Of a stretch of DNA of 64,000 nucleotides, positions 20,855 through 31,227 are shown piece by piece. The position numbers and the translations under genes were made by a program. Within the stretch, counting starts at the first letter, position 1; each line of letters starts with the position of its first letter. Source of the stretch: Candidatus Cloacimonadales bacterium (GTDB taxonomy: Bacteria; Cloacimonadota; Cloacimonadia; Cloacimonadales; JAFGVF01); contig CAXXJV010000001.1 of assembly GCA_963663475.2 (NCBI GenBank), positions 1,632,001-1,696,000 of the forward strand. The letters are read 5' to 3'. The notes beneath the pieces are model-generated. The model was given only the letters and a program-made list of their open reading frames with translations. It had not been told where the DNA came from and made no database searches.

Positions 20855-21062
20855 AATCCCTCAATCCCTCAATCCCTCAATCCCTCAATCACTCAATCCC
20901 TCAATCACTCAATCCCTCAATCCCTCAAACCCTCAATCTCTCAATCTCTCAATCCCTCAATCCCTCAATCTCTCAATCTCTCAATCTCTCAATCTCTCAA
21001 TCTCTCAATATCTCAATCCCTCAATCCCTCAATCCCTCAATCTCTCAATCCCTCAATCCCTC
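20855..21062 (+). repeat. Octamer microsatellite (AATC[C/T/A]CTC), about 26 units
   Basis: 208 bp of directly visible tandem 8-mers upstream of uvrB. Confidence 0.95.
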
Positions 21063-21159
21063 CGTCTAAGTTAAAAACTAAATATTTCTTGTCAATTAAG
21101 TAAAACTTAATATTTTAGTATTAAACCAATAATGATAAAAGAAATCTGCAGGAGACATA

Positions 21160-23160
21160 ATGTTTGAGCTAGTATCGAAGTATAAACCTCAAGGTGACCA
21201 ACCTCAAGCTATAAAGCAGCTTGTTTCAGGTGTTAATGAAGGAAAAAAGTATCAAGTTCTTTTAGGTGTAACAGGTTCTGGCAAAACTTTTACAATTGCT
21301 AATACCATTGCTAAGCTAAACAAACCTACCCTAGTTCTTTCCCATAATAAAACTCTAGCAGCTCAGCTCTATGGTGAGTTAAAGCAATTCTTTCCTAAGA
21401 ATGCAGTTGAGTATTTTATTTCTTATTATGATTACTATCAACCAGAGGCATATATTCCTGGTAGAGATATTTTTATAGAAAAAGATTCAAGTATAAATGA
21501 TCAGATTGATAAGCTTAGACTTAAGGCTACTATGTCTTTAATGGAAAGGAAAGATACTATTGTAGTTGCGAGTGTGTCGTGTATTTACGGACTAGGTGTC
21601 CCTGAAGATTATCGGAAAGCACTTGTTAGGATAGAGGTTGGAGATGAGATTGACAGGAATGATTTTTTAAAAAGACTTGTTGATGCCCATTATGGGAGAA
21701 ATGATATTGCTTTTCAAAGAGGAAATTTTAGAGTAAAAGGTGATACCGTAGATGTCTTTCCAGCCTATTTAGATACCTGTGTAAGAGTAGAATTCTTCGG
21801 TGATGAGATAACCGCCATCAAGAAACTAAATCCCATTGATAATAAGATAATCTCTAATCATGACGCTTATGCTATTTATCCTGCTAATCACTTTGTAATG
21901 TCTGAAGAAAGACTGACCAAAGCCAGTAAGTCAATTAGGGAGGAACTAGAAAGTCAGCATGAATTTTTCCTAGCTAATGAAAGATATGTTGAAGCCCAAA
22001 GAATTAAGCAAAGGACAGAATTCGATTTAGAGATGATTCAAGAACTTGGTCATTGCTCAGGAATCGAAAACTATTCTCGTCATATGACAGGCGCTAAACC
22101 TGGTCAAGCACCCTTCTGTCTGCTTGATTACTTTCCTGACGACTTTCTCTTAGTTATTGATGAATCTCATGTAACTATTCCCCAAACAAGAGCAATGTAT
22201 GCTGGTGATTTTTCCCGTAAAAAAAACTTAGTTGAATACGGATTTAGATTACCTTCAGCTTATGATAACAGACCTTTAAAGTTTGAAGAATTTGAAAAGC
22301 ACCATAAAAATGTTATCTTCATGTCTGCTACTCCTGCCGATTACGAACTGGATAAAACCTATGGAGAGATTGTAGAACAGGTTATCAGGCCAACTGGACT
22401 TGTTGACCCTTATATCATGATTAGACCTGTAGAAAGCCAGGTTGATGACCTACTCAATGAAATTAGGATTCATACTAAGAAAAAACAAAGAGTCCTAGTA
22501 ACTACTCTGACAAAAAAAATGACCGAGGATTTATCTACTTATTTGAAAAATGCAGGTATAAAATCAGATTATCTTCATAGTAGTCTTGATTCCATTGAAA
22601 GAACAAAGGTTATTAGGAAACTTCGACTTGGAGAAATTGATGTTCTGGTTGGTGTTAACCTACTAAGAGAAGGTATTGATATGCCAGAAGTGGCTCTGGT
22701 TGCTGTATTAGATGCAGATAAGGTTGGCTTCTTAAGGTCTGCTAGATCCTTAATCCAAACTGCTGGAAGAGCTGCACGTAATGCTGAAGGTAAAGTAATA
22801 TTCTATGCTGATAATATAACAGCTGCTATTAAATCTACTGTTGATGAAACTAATAGAAGACGTGAAAAGCAGATTGCTTATAATGAAAAACATAATATCA
22901 CACCACAAACTATCTATAAATCAATTGATGAAATAATGGAATCTACCGCTGTCGCAGAAGGTTATGAAGGTTATAGCTCAAAAGCTGGTAAAAAGACTAA
23001 GAAAGCTGCTAAAGATGACTTCTTAGAATATCTTGATCTGGATAGTAAAGAAAAAATCATCAACCTTCTCAAAAAAGAAATGAAAGAAGCAGCTGGACAA
23101 CTAGATTTTGAAAAAGCTGCTACCCTAAGAGATAGAATTGTAGAATTAGAAAATCTTTAA
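21160..23160 (+). CDS. uvrB: Excinuclease ABC subunit B
   Basis: [38 protein letters not shown]-terminal UVR domain. Confidence 0.98.
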   Translation: MFELVSKYKPQGDQPQAIKQLVSGVNEGKKYQVLLGVTGSGKTFTIANTIAKLNKPTLVLSHNKTLAAQLYGELKQFFPKNAVEYFISYYDYYQPEAYIPGRDIFIEKDSSINDQIDKLRLKATMSLMERKDTIVVASVSCIYGLGVPEDYRKALVRIEVGDEIDRNDFLKRLVDAHYGRNDIAFQRGNFRVKGDTVDVFPAYLDTCVRVEFFGDEITAIKKLNPIDNKIISNHDAYAIYPANHFVMSEERLTKASKSIREELESQHEFFLANERYVEAQRIKQRTEFDLEMIQELGHCSGIENYSRHMTGAKPGQAPFCLLDYFPDDFLLVIDESHVTIPQTRAMYAGDFSRKKNLVEYGFRLPSAYDNRPLKFEEFEKHHKNVIFMSATPADYELDKTYGEIVEQVIRPTGLVDPYIMIRPVESQVDDLLNEIRIHTKKKQRVLVTTLTKKMTEDLSTYLKNAGIKSDYLHSSLDSIERTKVIRKLRLGEIDVLVGVNLLREGIDMPEVALVAVLDADKVGFLRSARSLIQTAGRAARNAEGKVIFYADNITAAIKSTVDETNRRREKQIAYNEKHNITPQTIYKSIDEIMESTAVAEGYEGYSSKAGKKTKKAAKDDFLEYLDLDSKEKIINLLKKEMKEAAGQLDFEKAATLRDRIVELENL

Positions 23161-23167
23161 GTGAGAC

Positions 23168-24287
23168 TGGGTGCCGTAAGGCGGGGAGAGTAAACAATCC
23201 CCTTTCAGCTCGTAAGAGCGTATGAGAGGGGTGCCGTAAGGCGGGGAGAGTAAATTGATTCTTTACACGAATTAACACGAATTAGAACGAATTTCACGAA
23301 TAAGAAAAGCTCTTTAACACAGAGTTCATAGAGGTAAAGAGGAGTTTCACAGAGTTTTAATAAGGAAGAATAAGCCACTGAAAACACCGATAATAATAAG
23401 TGATTTACCACAAAGGCACGAAGACACAAAAGGAAAAGAAGATTCTAACTGGGAATGCGGTACTAACTGGGAATGCGGGCATCCCTGCCCGCAACAAGCA
23501 CTTGTAAGTGCTTGTAAAATACTAAGCTACACTTTCATGCGTGTTGGTAGTGCATGCAATCCCCTTTCAGCTCGTAAGAGCGGTATGAGAGGGGTGCCGT
23601 AAGGCGGGGAGAGTAAATTGATTCTTTACACGAATTAACACGAATTAGAACGAATTTCACGAATAAGAAAAGCTCTTTAACACAGAGTTCATAGAGGTAA
23701 AGAGGAGTTTCACAGAGTTTTAATAAGGAAGAATAAGCCACCGAAAACACCGATAATAATAAGTGATTTACCACAAAGGCACACGAAGACATAAAAAGGA
23801 AAAGAAGATTCTAACTGGGAATGCGGGCATCCCTGCCCGCGGTTATGCAGATTACAAGTGGTTACGGGAATGGGTCGCGGGATTGTCTCTTAATTCCCCT
23901 TTCAGCTCGTAAGAGCGGTATGAGAGGGGTGCCGTAAGGCGGGGAGAGTAAATTGATTCTTTACACGAATTAACACGAATTAGAACGAATTTCACGAATA
24001 AGAAAAGCTCTTTAACACAGAGTTCATAGAGGTAAAGAGGAGTTTCACAGAGTTTTAATAAGGAAGAATAAGCCACCGAAAACACCGATAATAATAAGTG
24101 ATTTACCACAAAGGCACGAAGACATAAAAAGGAAAAGAAGATTCTAACTGGGAATGCGGGCATCCCTGCCCGCGGTTATGCAGATTACAAGTGGTTACGG
24201 GAATGGGTCGCGGGATTGTCTCTTAATTCCCCTTTCAGCTCGTAAGAGCGGTATGAGAGGGGTGCCGTAAGGCTGGGAGAGTAAACA
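23168..24287 (+). repeat. Tandem array 1: three ~333-362-bp mosaic units plus partial flanking units
   Basis: Unit start CCCCTTTCAGCTCGTAAGAGC recurs at 23199, 23561, 23896 and 24229; interiors are near-identical. Confidence 0.95.
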
Positions 24288-24339
24288 TGTGTCGTTCCAT
24301 AAAAGTGGACTAGAAAATTAAACAAACTAGGAGCTTGAA

Positions 24340-24762
24340 ATGGAAAGAAAAAAGAATATGACTCATAAGATTCAAAAGACCTATAGTGAAAGTTTTAAAA
24401 TTAAAGTTGTTGACGAAATAGAGAAGGGAGATTTAACTCAAGCTGGAGCTTGTAGACTTTACAATATTTCAGATAGCAATGTGAGTAGATGGGTTGCCAA
24501 TTATGGTATGAATGAACGAGTAGGAAAAAAGGTGGTAGTTATGACCGATAGAGAAATACGTGAATCTGACCTTTTAAGGAAAGAGAATAAGCAGTTAAAA
24601 CGAGCATTAGAAGATAGTCAGTTCTCCAACGAAGTTCTAGAGAAATATATTCATTATATTGCAGAACAAAATGGTATTGATTTAAAAAAAAAGATCGATT
24701 CAGGTTTATCAGAAGATACTCAGAAACTCTTGATTTCAAGGTTGCTAAAAGGTCAGGAATAA
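24340..24762 (+). CDS. IS3 OrfA (HTH)
   Basis: YSESFKIKVV...SRWV HTH plus coiled coil; slippery A AAA AAG at about 24687-24693. Confidence 0.85.
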   Translation: MERKKNMTHKIQKTYSESFKIKVVDEIEKGDLTQAGACRLYNISDSNVSRWVANYGMNERVGKKVVVMTDREIRESDLLRKENKQLKRALEDSQFSNEVLEKYIHYIAEQNGIDLKKKIDSGLSEDTQKLLISRLLKGQE

Positions 24763-24767
24763 GCCAA

Positions 24768-25553
24768 ATGTGTAGTTTATTACAAGTATCTAAATCAGGT
24801 TACTATAAATATCTTCAAACTGTCTCCCAGAGTTCTACAAATGACTCCCTATGTCTCTCCAGAGTTAAACAATATAGAAAAATTCAGCCTTATTCAGGCA
24901 CTTATAAATGTTGGAAAATGCTACATAATGATGGTTTTAAAATTGGGAGAAATCATCTTAACTGCCTGCTTAAAGAACATAATATGTTGATCAGGAAGAA
25001 GAAGAAATATTGCAAAACTTCAATATCAGATGGTAGTAAGGTATATCCTAATTTACTTAAAGATACCGAAGTAAAGAGGAAAAATCAAGTTTGGGTAACT
25101 GATATTACTTATATTTCTAAAGGCAAAGGGTTTTATTATTTGTTTTTGCTAAGTGATATGTATACTAGACAGATATTGGATTATGAAGTTTCTTCTAATA
25201 TGCTGACTGATAATCATATAAGGATGTTAAAAAGACAGCTAAGCCATGTTGATAATGCTAACGATCTTATTCATCATTCAGATCATGGTTCTCAATATAC
25301 AAGTAATGAGACTATTAGCCTTCTGAAAAAGCATGGTATAAAGATTAGTATGACTGGTGATGGTAAATGCTATGATAACCCTATTGCTGAAAGAATAAAC
25401 TGCACAATGAAGCATGAATTTGGTTTAAATCGGACATTTAGCACTATAGAAAGTCTTAAAAAAGCTACTAAAGATGCAGTAATGATCTATAACTCTCAGA
25501 GACTTCACAAAAGTTTGGGGTATTTTACTCCAAATGATTTTGCAAATCATTAA
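24768..25553 (+). CDS. IS3 OrfB DDE transposase (fused to OrfA by a -1 frameshift)
   Basis: WVTDITY, HHSDHGSQY, DNPIAERIN..K.E rve motifs; the -1 frame is open from the slippery site. Confidence 0.92.
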   Translation: MCSLLQVSKSGYYKYLQTVSQSSTNDSLCLSRVKQYRKIQPYSGTYKCWKMLHNDGFKIGRNHLNCLLKEHNMLIRKKKKYCKTSISDGSKVYPNLLKDTEVKRKNQVWVTDITYISKGKGFYYLFLLSDMYTRQILDYEVSSNMLTDNHIRMLKRQLSHVDNANDLIHHSDHGSQYTSNETISLLKKHGIKISMTGDGKCYDNPIAERINCTMKHEFGLNRTFSTIESLKKATKDAVMIYNSQRLHKSLGYFTPNDFANH

Positions 25554-25851
25554 AAGAGGTTACCAGATGATGAACAGATACTTAGCTGAATGTATTTTCT
25601 TTTGGAAAATGCGACTAAATTACGAATGCAAAATGGAGTCGACAACAGAACTCAAAAGTATGAGTAAATGTCTCATTTTTCAAAAGAGATACATGACTCA
25701 GGATACATAAAAAAGGTGTCCACTATATTGGTACTTGACAACAGACCAGAGTTCCTCAGCCGTAGGCAAGGGACTTCGGGCAAGAAAGTGTGTCGGAAGT
25801 CGCTACTCCGTGAGCAACTCCCGTCACTCTTCATGAGCCTTCTAAAATACT

Positions 25852-26865
25852 CTAAATCTGGCTTTTATCCTTTCTTAAAAGTTCTGGTTTCATAAGCAAC
25901 TTAGCATATTGAGCTCTAGTATATGCCCAAGGATCATTGCTATTAGCCTTGCTTAATTTACCCTTAAAATCAGCAAGTGAGGTAAATCCTTTATCCTTCA
26001 TCCAAGTATCTAAATCATTTAAAACTTTAGCAATATGGCCAATACCATGTCTGTAGAGGGCCGAAACCATCTGGACACTATCTGCACCAGCTAGAATCAT
26101 TTTAATCACATCAGAAGCATTAAAGATGCCACCACTGCTACAAATATTTGCTGAAATATTGCCTGAGACAAGTCCTGTATAACGAAGGGTATATCGGTTA
26201 TCTTGAGGTTTGCTTAGATTAAAGGGGAAAGTATGACTTAGCTTGTCAATATTAAGATCAGGTTGGAAGTATCTATTAAAGATAACAAAGCCTGCAATAC
26301 CTGTATCATTCATTCTTTTAATCATATTTAGGGGGTTAGTATATTCATTACTTAGTTTTACGCTAATAGGGATTTTAATTTTGGAAGTTAACTCTTTTAA
26401 GATGTCAATTTGCTCATCTTCTATCTGACTAGCAGTCTTATCAAAACTCTTAGGAGAAGAATAGAAATTTAGCTCAAGACCATCAACACCAGTATCAGCA
26501 ATTTGCTGGGCATATTCTAGCCAAGTATCTCGATTAACAGCATTTAAGGAACCAATAACAGGAATATCAACTGCTTCCTTTGTCTTTCTTAACCAATAAA
26601 GGTGTTCTTGAATACCAATTTGATCTTTATCAGGGAAGACAGTTATCATTTCTGCATGTTTGTGATTAGCCTCTTCTCTATCAAGTTCATCACGATATCT
26701 TTCTAATTGAATTTGTTCTTCAAAAAGTGATTTAGCAACAATTGCACCAGCTCCTGCTTCTTCAATATCTTTGATTTTATTGAGGTTGGCAGTTAATGAG
26801 CTTGCACCAACTATTATTGGGTTCTTTAACTCTAAACCCATGTACTTAGTCTTAAAGTTTGACAT
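25852..26865 (-). CDS. Dihydroorotate dehydrogenase-like flavoprotein
   Basis: YMGLELKNPIIVGAS, KSLFEEQI, LELN, IFNRYFQPD, AGADSVQMVSALY; ATG at 26865 has an AGGAG RBS. Confidence 0.85.
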   Translation of the reverse strand: MSNFKTKYMGLELKNPIIVGASSLTANLNKIKDIEEAGAGAIVAKSLFEEQIQLERYRDELDREEANHKHAEMITVFPDKDQIGIQEHLYWLRKTKEAVDIPVIGSLNAVNRDTWLEYAQQIADTGVDGLELNFYSSPKSFDKTASQIEDEQIDILKELTSKIKIPISVKLSNEYTNPLNMIKRMNDTGIAGFVIFNRYFQPDLNIDKLSHTFPFNLSKPQDNRYTLRYTGLVSGNISANICSSGGIFNASDVIKMILAGADSVQMVSALYRHGIGHIAKVLNDLDTWMKDKGFTSLADFKGKLSKANSNDPWAYTRAQYAKLLMKPELLRKDKSQI

Positions 26866-27176
26866 TATAACTCCTTTATAAATTATTAGACTGATCTTGT
26901 TATCTGAGAATGATTTATCACTAATGAAAATAAAATAATCTTTAGGAATCTTCAAAGACTTAGCATTTTACAATAATGTAAAAATTATTTACGAACAATC
27001 TCTGATATATTAGCTTTTAACAGACAAAAAGCAATTTTTTTTTAAAAGAATTTAATTCCATATTCTAAGCTAGCAAATTAAAGGATTTTATGCTAGAAAA
27101 TGAAAAGATATTTTGCAATAAAGATAAAAAAGATTATATTAATGTAAAGAAAATCAAAAAATAAACGGAGGAAATC

Positions 27177-27755
27177 ATGACTAGATGGCAACATAGTATG
27201 CATAAGTTAAACTCGGATAATCACCATCCTGATCATCCAATTGATGACTTTTTTAAGGTCAAGAATTACCAACCACAAACTGAAGAAGAAAAACATATAT
27301 TTGAGGAATTCTCCCTTATAAAGAGTTCGCTAGCTATTCTTATTCATGTGGCAAATGCTGATAGGGCTATTAATCCTGAAGAAAAGAATCAGATTATCAG
27401 AGATATTATCTTTCAAATGGAGCAAAGACCTTATGAATTCGCTAGACTTTCCGAGAAATTTGGCTCTAATGAAAAAGAAATTATTGAAAATATGTATGAC
27501 CAGATTCTCAAAGACTACCAAAATCAAAAATTGAAACTGGATAAAATTGTCGATGATATCTGCTTGATGTATAAAAATAATGAAGAAAAAAGATATTATT
27601 TGCTTCGCTTATGCTATTTCGCAGCCTTATCTGATAATGTTTTTGATGAGGCAGAACAAGAGGCAATCAGAAAATTAGCCCAAAGAATGGATATTCCTAG
27701 TCTGGAACTTGATAGAATTGAAAAGGAAGTTAAAGAGGAAATTGCCAAAAAATAA
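27177..27755 (+). CDS. TerB-like (tellurite resistance / DjlA N-terminal fold) protein
   Basis: Two VANAD..I.PEE / AALSD..FDEAE repeats typical of the TerB fold. Confidence 0.75.
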   Translation: MTRWQHSMHKLNSDNHHPDHPIDDFFKVKNYQPQTEEEKHIFEEFSLIKSSLAILIHVANADRAINPEEKNQIIRDIIFQMEQRPYEFARLSEKFGSNEKEIIENMYDQILKDYQNQKLKLDKIVDDICLMYKNNEEKRYYLLRLCYFAALSDNVFDEAEQEAIRKLAQRMDIPSLELDRIEKEVKEEIAKK

Positions 27756-27822
27756 AAGCTAATTAACCCCGAGGAACAGACCGGAGTTCCTCAACCCTAG
27801 GTAAGGGACTTCGGACTGAGAC

Positions 27823-28316
27823 TCTTCACACAAATTAACACGAATTATGACGAATTTCACGAATTACTTTTTGCTAGTGCCAAAAAAAAGAAGAAAAGAT
27901 CCTTAACACAGAGTTTCACAGAGGTGAAGAGGAGTTACACAGAGTTTTTAAGAAGGATGAATAAGTCACTGATAAGAAGATTCTTTACACAAATTAACAC
28001 GAATTAAGACGAATTTCACGAATTACTTTTTGTTAGTGCCAAAAAAGAAGAAAAGATTCTTAACACAGAGTTTCACAGAGGTGAAGAGGAGTTTCACAGA
28101 GTTTTTAAGAAGGATGAATAAGTCACTGATAAGAAGATTTTCGTCTTTAGGCTAAAAGACGGGGAGACTGGGAGAAAGAAGATTCTTCACACTAATTAAC
28201 ACCAATTAAGACGAATTTCACAAATTACTTTTTGCTAGTGCCAAAAAAAAGAAGAAAAACATCCTCAACACAGAGTTTCACAGAGGTGAAGAGGAGTTTC
28301 ACAGAGTTTTTAAGAA
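27823..28316 (+). repeat. Tandem array 2: three units (periods 159 and 202 bp) sharing CAC modules with array 1
   Basis: Unit starts at 27823, 27982 and 28184; each has CAC(A/G)AATTAACAC.. and CACAGAGTTTCACAGAGG modules. Confidence 0.92.
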
Positions 28317-28478
28317 CTAACCTCTTAAATCATTAAATCATTAAATCTTCTTCTTGCCTTTGTGGTGAAATGAGGCTTCCAAAGAAATGACTTCAACCAC
28401 TTATCCAAGACCTGATTTCACTAGCAAAAGAGAATTTTCTTGACATAAGATAGGACCATTGATTCTTTGATAAAACGT

Positions 28479-28555
28479 GCTCCCGTAGCTCAGTAGGATA
28501 GAGCAGTTCCCTCCTAAGGAAAAGGTCAGCCGTTCGAATCGGCTCGGGAGTACCA
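28479..28555 (+). tRNA. tRNA-Arg(CCT)
   Basis: Cloverleaf: GCTCCCG/CGGGAGT acceptor, GCTC/GAGC D-stem, anticodon loop CTCCTAA, AGCCG-TTCGAAT-CGGCT T-arm, encoded CCA. Confidence 0.95.
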
Positions 28556-29549
28556 TTTTAAACTAAGAATGAAAAATGAAAAGTTTAGAAGAATCAAAAC
28601 TTACAATTAAAAATGAAAAGTTAAAAGCGAAAAATTAGCTAGGAAAACGGATATACCTGTCCGCGACCAGCAGGAAGTATGGAATGGAAGTATCCTTACT
28701 TCCACCACACAAATCTGACAGCAGGGATGGTGTCAGTCCATAACTGCTATAAAGTGACAGCTTTTTTGCCAATTTGTGACAGCAAGGTTGCCACTTTGAA
28801 AAAGCGTGCTCAAACCCACTTATAACAACAAAAATTAAGCTTTTTTTACCATTCTAAAAGTGACAGCAAGGTTGCCACTTTGCAAAAGCGCTTTTACTAT
28901 CTTATATTGGATCTTCAAAACTTGAAGTATTAACTCTTTTAAAAACAGATACTACCTTTAGAAATTACTGCTCCCAGCTATCAAGAATAGCAATTCTTAA
29001 TTTTCTTGACAATGTTCTTTTAACTAGTAAAAGTGAAACAATATAAATTTTAAAGTAATAAAAAGGAAAAACTAATGAATTTTAGAATAATCTATTTACC
29101 ATCATTTAAGGCAATATCATCAGGACTTGATAAGAACTTTGATTTCTCTGAAGAAGGGAAATTAGGACAATTTGATAAATTTTTCTCAGAACTTGAAGTT
29201 ACTCCTAGAGACAATTTCATGCCTCGCGATTTTCTCTTTTATGATACAAAAAATCAAGGATTTGTTTGGTGGTGGGCTTTAATCGAAGGACAAGATACTG
29301 CTTCTTATGAAGTAGTTGATTTCGATGGTGGTTATTATCTAACCTATCACTATCAAGATGGGGATGATAAAGAAAATGAAATATTATATAGTGAAGCTTT
29401 AAAGTATATAAATGAATCAGATTTACTTGAACTAGATATTAGAGAAAATCATTATCCAATGGGACATGTTATTACTCCTCCTGAAATATCTGAAAAACTT
29501 GCTTTTTCTCAAATGGAAACATATATTCCTGTTAAGGTTAAGTAGGGGA
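28511..29549 (+). repeat. ~1.04-kb direct repeat, copy A (tRNA 3' half + REP cluster + gyrI-like gene); copy B at 51326-52413
   Basis: Colinear match from CTCCTAAG to GTTAAGTAGGGGA. Confidence 0.95.
29075..29545 (+). CDS. GyrI-like / AraC effector-binding domain protein, copy A
   Basis: FRIIYLPSFKAISSG start, DFDGGYY, ETYIPVK end, as in GyrI-like folds. Confidence 0.7.
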   Translation: MNFRIIYLPSFKAISSGLDKNFDFSEEGKLGQFDKFFSELEVTPRDNFMPRDFLFYDTKNQGFVWWWALIEGQDTASYEVVDFDGGYYLTYHYQDGDDKENEILYSEALKYINESDLLELDIRENHYPMGHVITPPEISEKLAFSQMETYIPVKVK

Positions 29550-29739
29550 TTTAATCAAACCATAAAATGCTTTCACTAATAAATTAGTGACATAAAAAGA
29601 ATATATTGAAAATTATTAGTTGGAAAAAAATAATTAAACTTGACTAAATCTATAAAAAAAAATAATGTTGGTATAGATAGATGATTAAGTGAAAATTATG
29701 TTATGAATTAGAAAATAATGGTTAAATGGAGGTTAGAAG

Positions 29740-31212
29740 GTGTTGTCATTGTCGCAACTAGAACAATATTTGTCAAAAGCTGCATGGATTCTAAAAGGCC
29801 CCATAGATGCTTCAGATTTTAAAGTATATATTTTTCCCTTACTCTTTTTCAAAAGGATATCAGATGTCTATGATGAAGAGTATCAAATTGCCTTAAAAGA
29901 GTCTGAGGGAGATGAGGATTACGCACTCTTGCCAGAATTTCACAGATTCATAATTCCGCAAGGATGTCATTGGGATAATGTAAGAGAGTTAACATCCAAT
30001 GTTGGACAGAAGATTGAACTTGCGTTAAGAGAGATTGAAAAAGCTAATCAAGAGTACCTATATGGTATTTTTGGAGATGCTCAATGGAGCAATAAAAATA
30101 AACTATCAGATAAATTATTAATAGATTTAATTGAACACTTTTCACAATACAACTTAGGAAATAATAGTGTTGAACCAGATATGCTTGGACAAGCCTATGA
30201 ATATCTTATAAAACATTTTGCTGACCTAACCAATAAAAAAGCAGGAGAGTTTTATACTCCTCGTTCGGTAGTTCACCTATTAGGTTTAATCTTAGACCCT
30301 AAAGAAGGTGAAAGCATTTATGACCCTGCTTGCGGTACTGGAGGAATGCTCTTAGAGTCAGTTAATCGCTTAAAAGAAAAAAAACAAGATTATCGCACCC
30401 TAAAACTATATGGACAAGAGAAAAATCTTACTTCGAGCTCTATAGCTAGGATGAATATGTTTCTCCATGGTATTGAAGACTTTTCTATAGCCAGAGGTGA
30501 TACATTGAGAAGTCCTGCTTTTTTTCAAGCAGATGAGTTAAAAAAGTTCGATTGCGTAATTGCTAATCCTCCTTTCTCTTTAAAAGATTGGGGAGCTGAA
30601 AACTGGATAAATGATCCCTATGGTAGAAATATTGCGGGCGCTCCTCCTAAGAGTAATGGAGATATGGCTTGGATTCAGCACATGATAAAATCAATGAATG
30701 CCCAAGGAAGAATGGCTGTTATCCTCCCACATGGAGCTCTTTTCAGAAAGAATGCTGAAGGGAAAATTAGGAAAGCTCTTTTAAAGAAAGATCTGCTAGA
30801 AGCTGTTATTGGACTTGGCTCAAATATATTTTATGGAACCCAATTAGCAGCTTGTATCCTCTTCTTTAAACAGGAGAAAGATCCCAATAAAAGTAATAAA
30901 GTTATCTTCATTGATGCCTCTGACCAAATTAGGGTCGGGAGAGCTCAGAATTTCTTAGAAGTCCAGCATGTTGAACAAATACACAGCTGGTTAACGAAAT
31001 ATGAAGATGTTGAGAATTATGTTAAAGTCGTAAGTCTGGAAGAGATCAAGGAAAATGATTATAATCTGAATATTCCTCTCTATGTAGAAAAAACCATCGA
31101 AGATAATTTACCAACTGTTGAAGAGGCAATAAAAGACCTAAAACAAGCTTGGGAAGATAGCTTAAAAGCTGAAGAGAAATTTAAAAAGATACTATCAGAG
31201 TTCATAGATTGA
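29740..31212 (+). CDS. hsdM: Type I RM methyltransferase M1 (NPPF class)
   Basis: GEFYTPRSV, YDPACGTGG motif I, IANPPF motif IV. Confidence 0.95.
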   Translation: MLSLSQLEQYLSKAAWILKGPIDASDFKVYIFPLLFFKRISDVYDEEYQIALKESEGDEDYALLPEFHRFIIPQGCHWDNVRELTSNVGQKIELALREIEKANQEYLYGIFGDAQWSNKNKLSDKLLIDLIEHFSQYNLGNNSVEPDMLGQAYEYLIKHFADLTNKKAGEFYTPRSVVHLLGLILDPKEGESIYDPACGTGGMLLESVNRLKEKKQDYRTLKLYGQEKNLTSSSIARMNMFLHGIEDFSIARGDTLRSPAFFQADELKKFDCVIANPPFSLKDWGAENWINDPYGRNIAGAPPKSNGDMAWIQHMIKSMNAQGRMAVILPHGALFRKNAEGKIRKALLKKDLLEAVIGLGSNIFYGTQLAACILFFKQEKDPNKSNKVIFIDASDQIRVGRAQNFLEVQHVEQIHSWLTKYEDVENYVKVVSLEEIKENDYNLNIPLYVEKTIEDNLPTVEEAIKDLKQAWEDSLKAEEKFKKILSEFID

Positions 31213-31227
31213 TGTAGGTGAATATAA

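Larger units (their letters stand above)
24288..25740 (+). mobile_element. Complete IS3-family insertion sequence
   Basis: TG..CA ends with imperfect IRs (TGTGTCGTTCCATAAAAGTGGAC vs TGTCAAGTACCAATATAGTGGAC); 3-bp direct repeat ACA at 24285-24287 and 25741-25743. Confidence 0.88.

Noticed and set aside
20816-21103. 95-aa ORF with SIPQSLNP repeats
   Set aside because: It is the translation of a MITE fragment plus the octamer microsatellite; no RBS or domain.
23205-24163. Three similar minus-strand ORFs (74, 85 and 103 aa)
   Set aside because: Antisense read-through of the A-rich repeat units; starts and stops are inconsistent and indels between units break the frame.
23168-28316. CRISPR array interpretation of the two tandem arrays
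   Set aside because: Units are 160-360 bp and nearly identical throughout; there is no 25-45-bp repeat alternating with unique spacers, and no cas genes.
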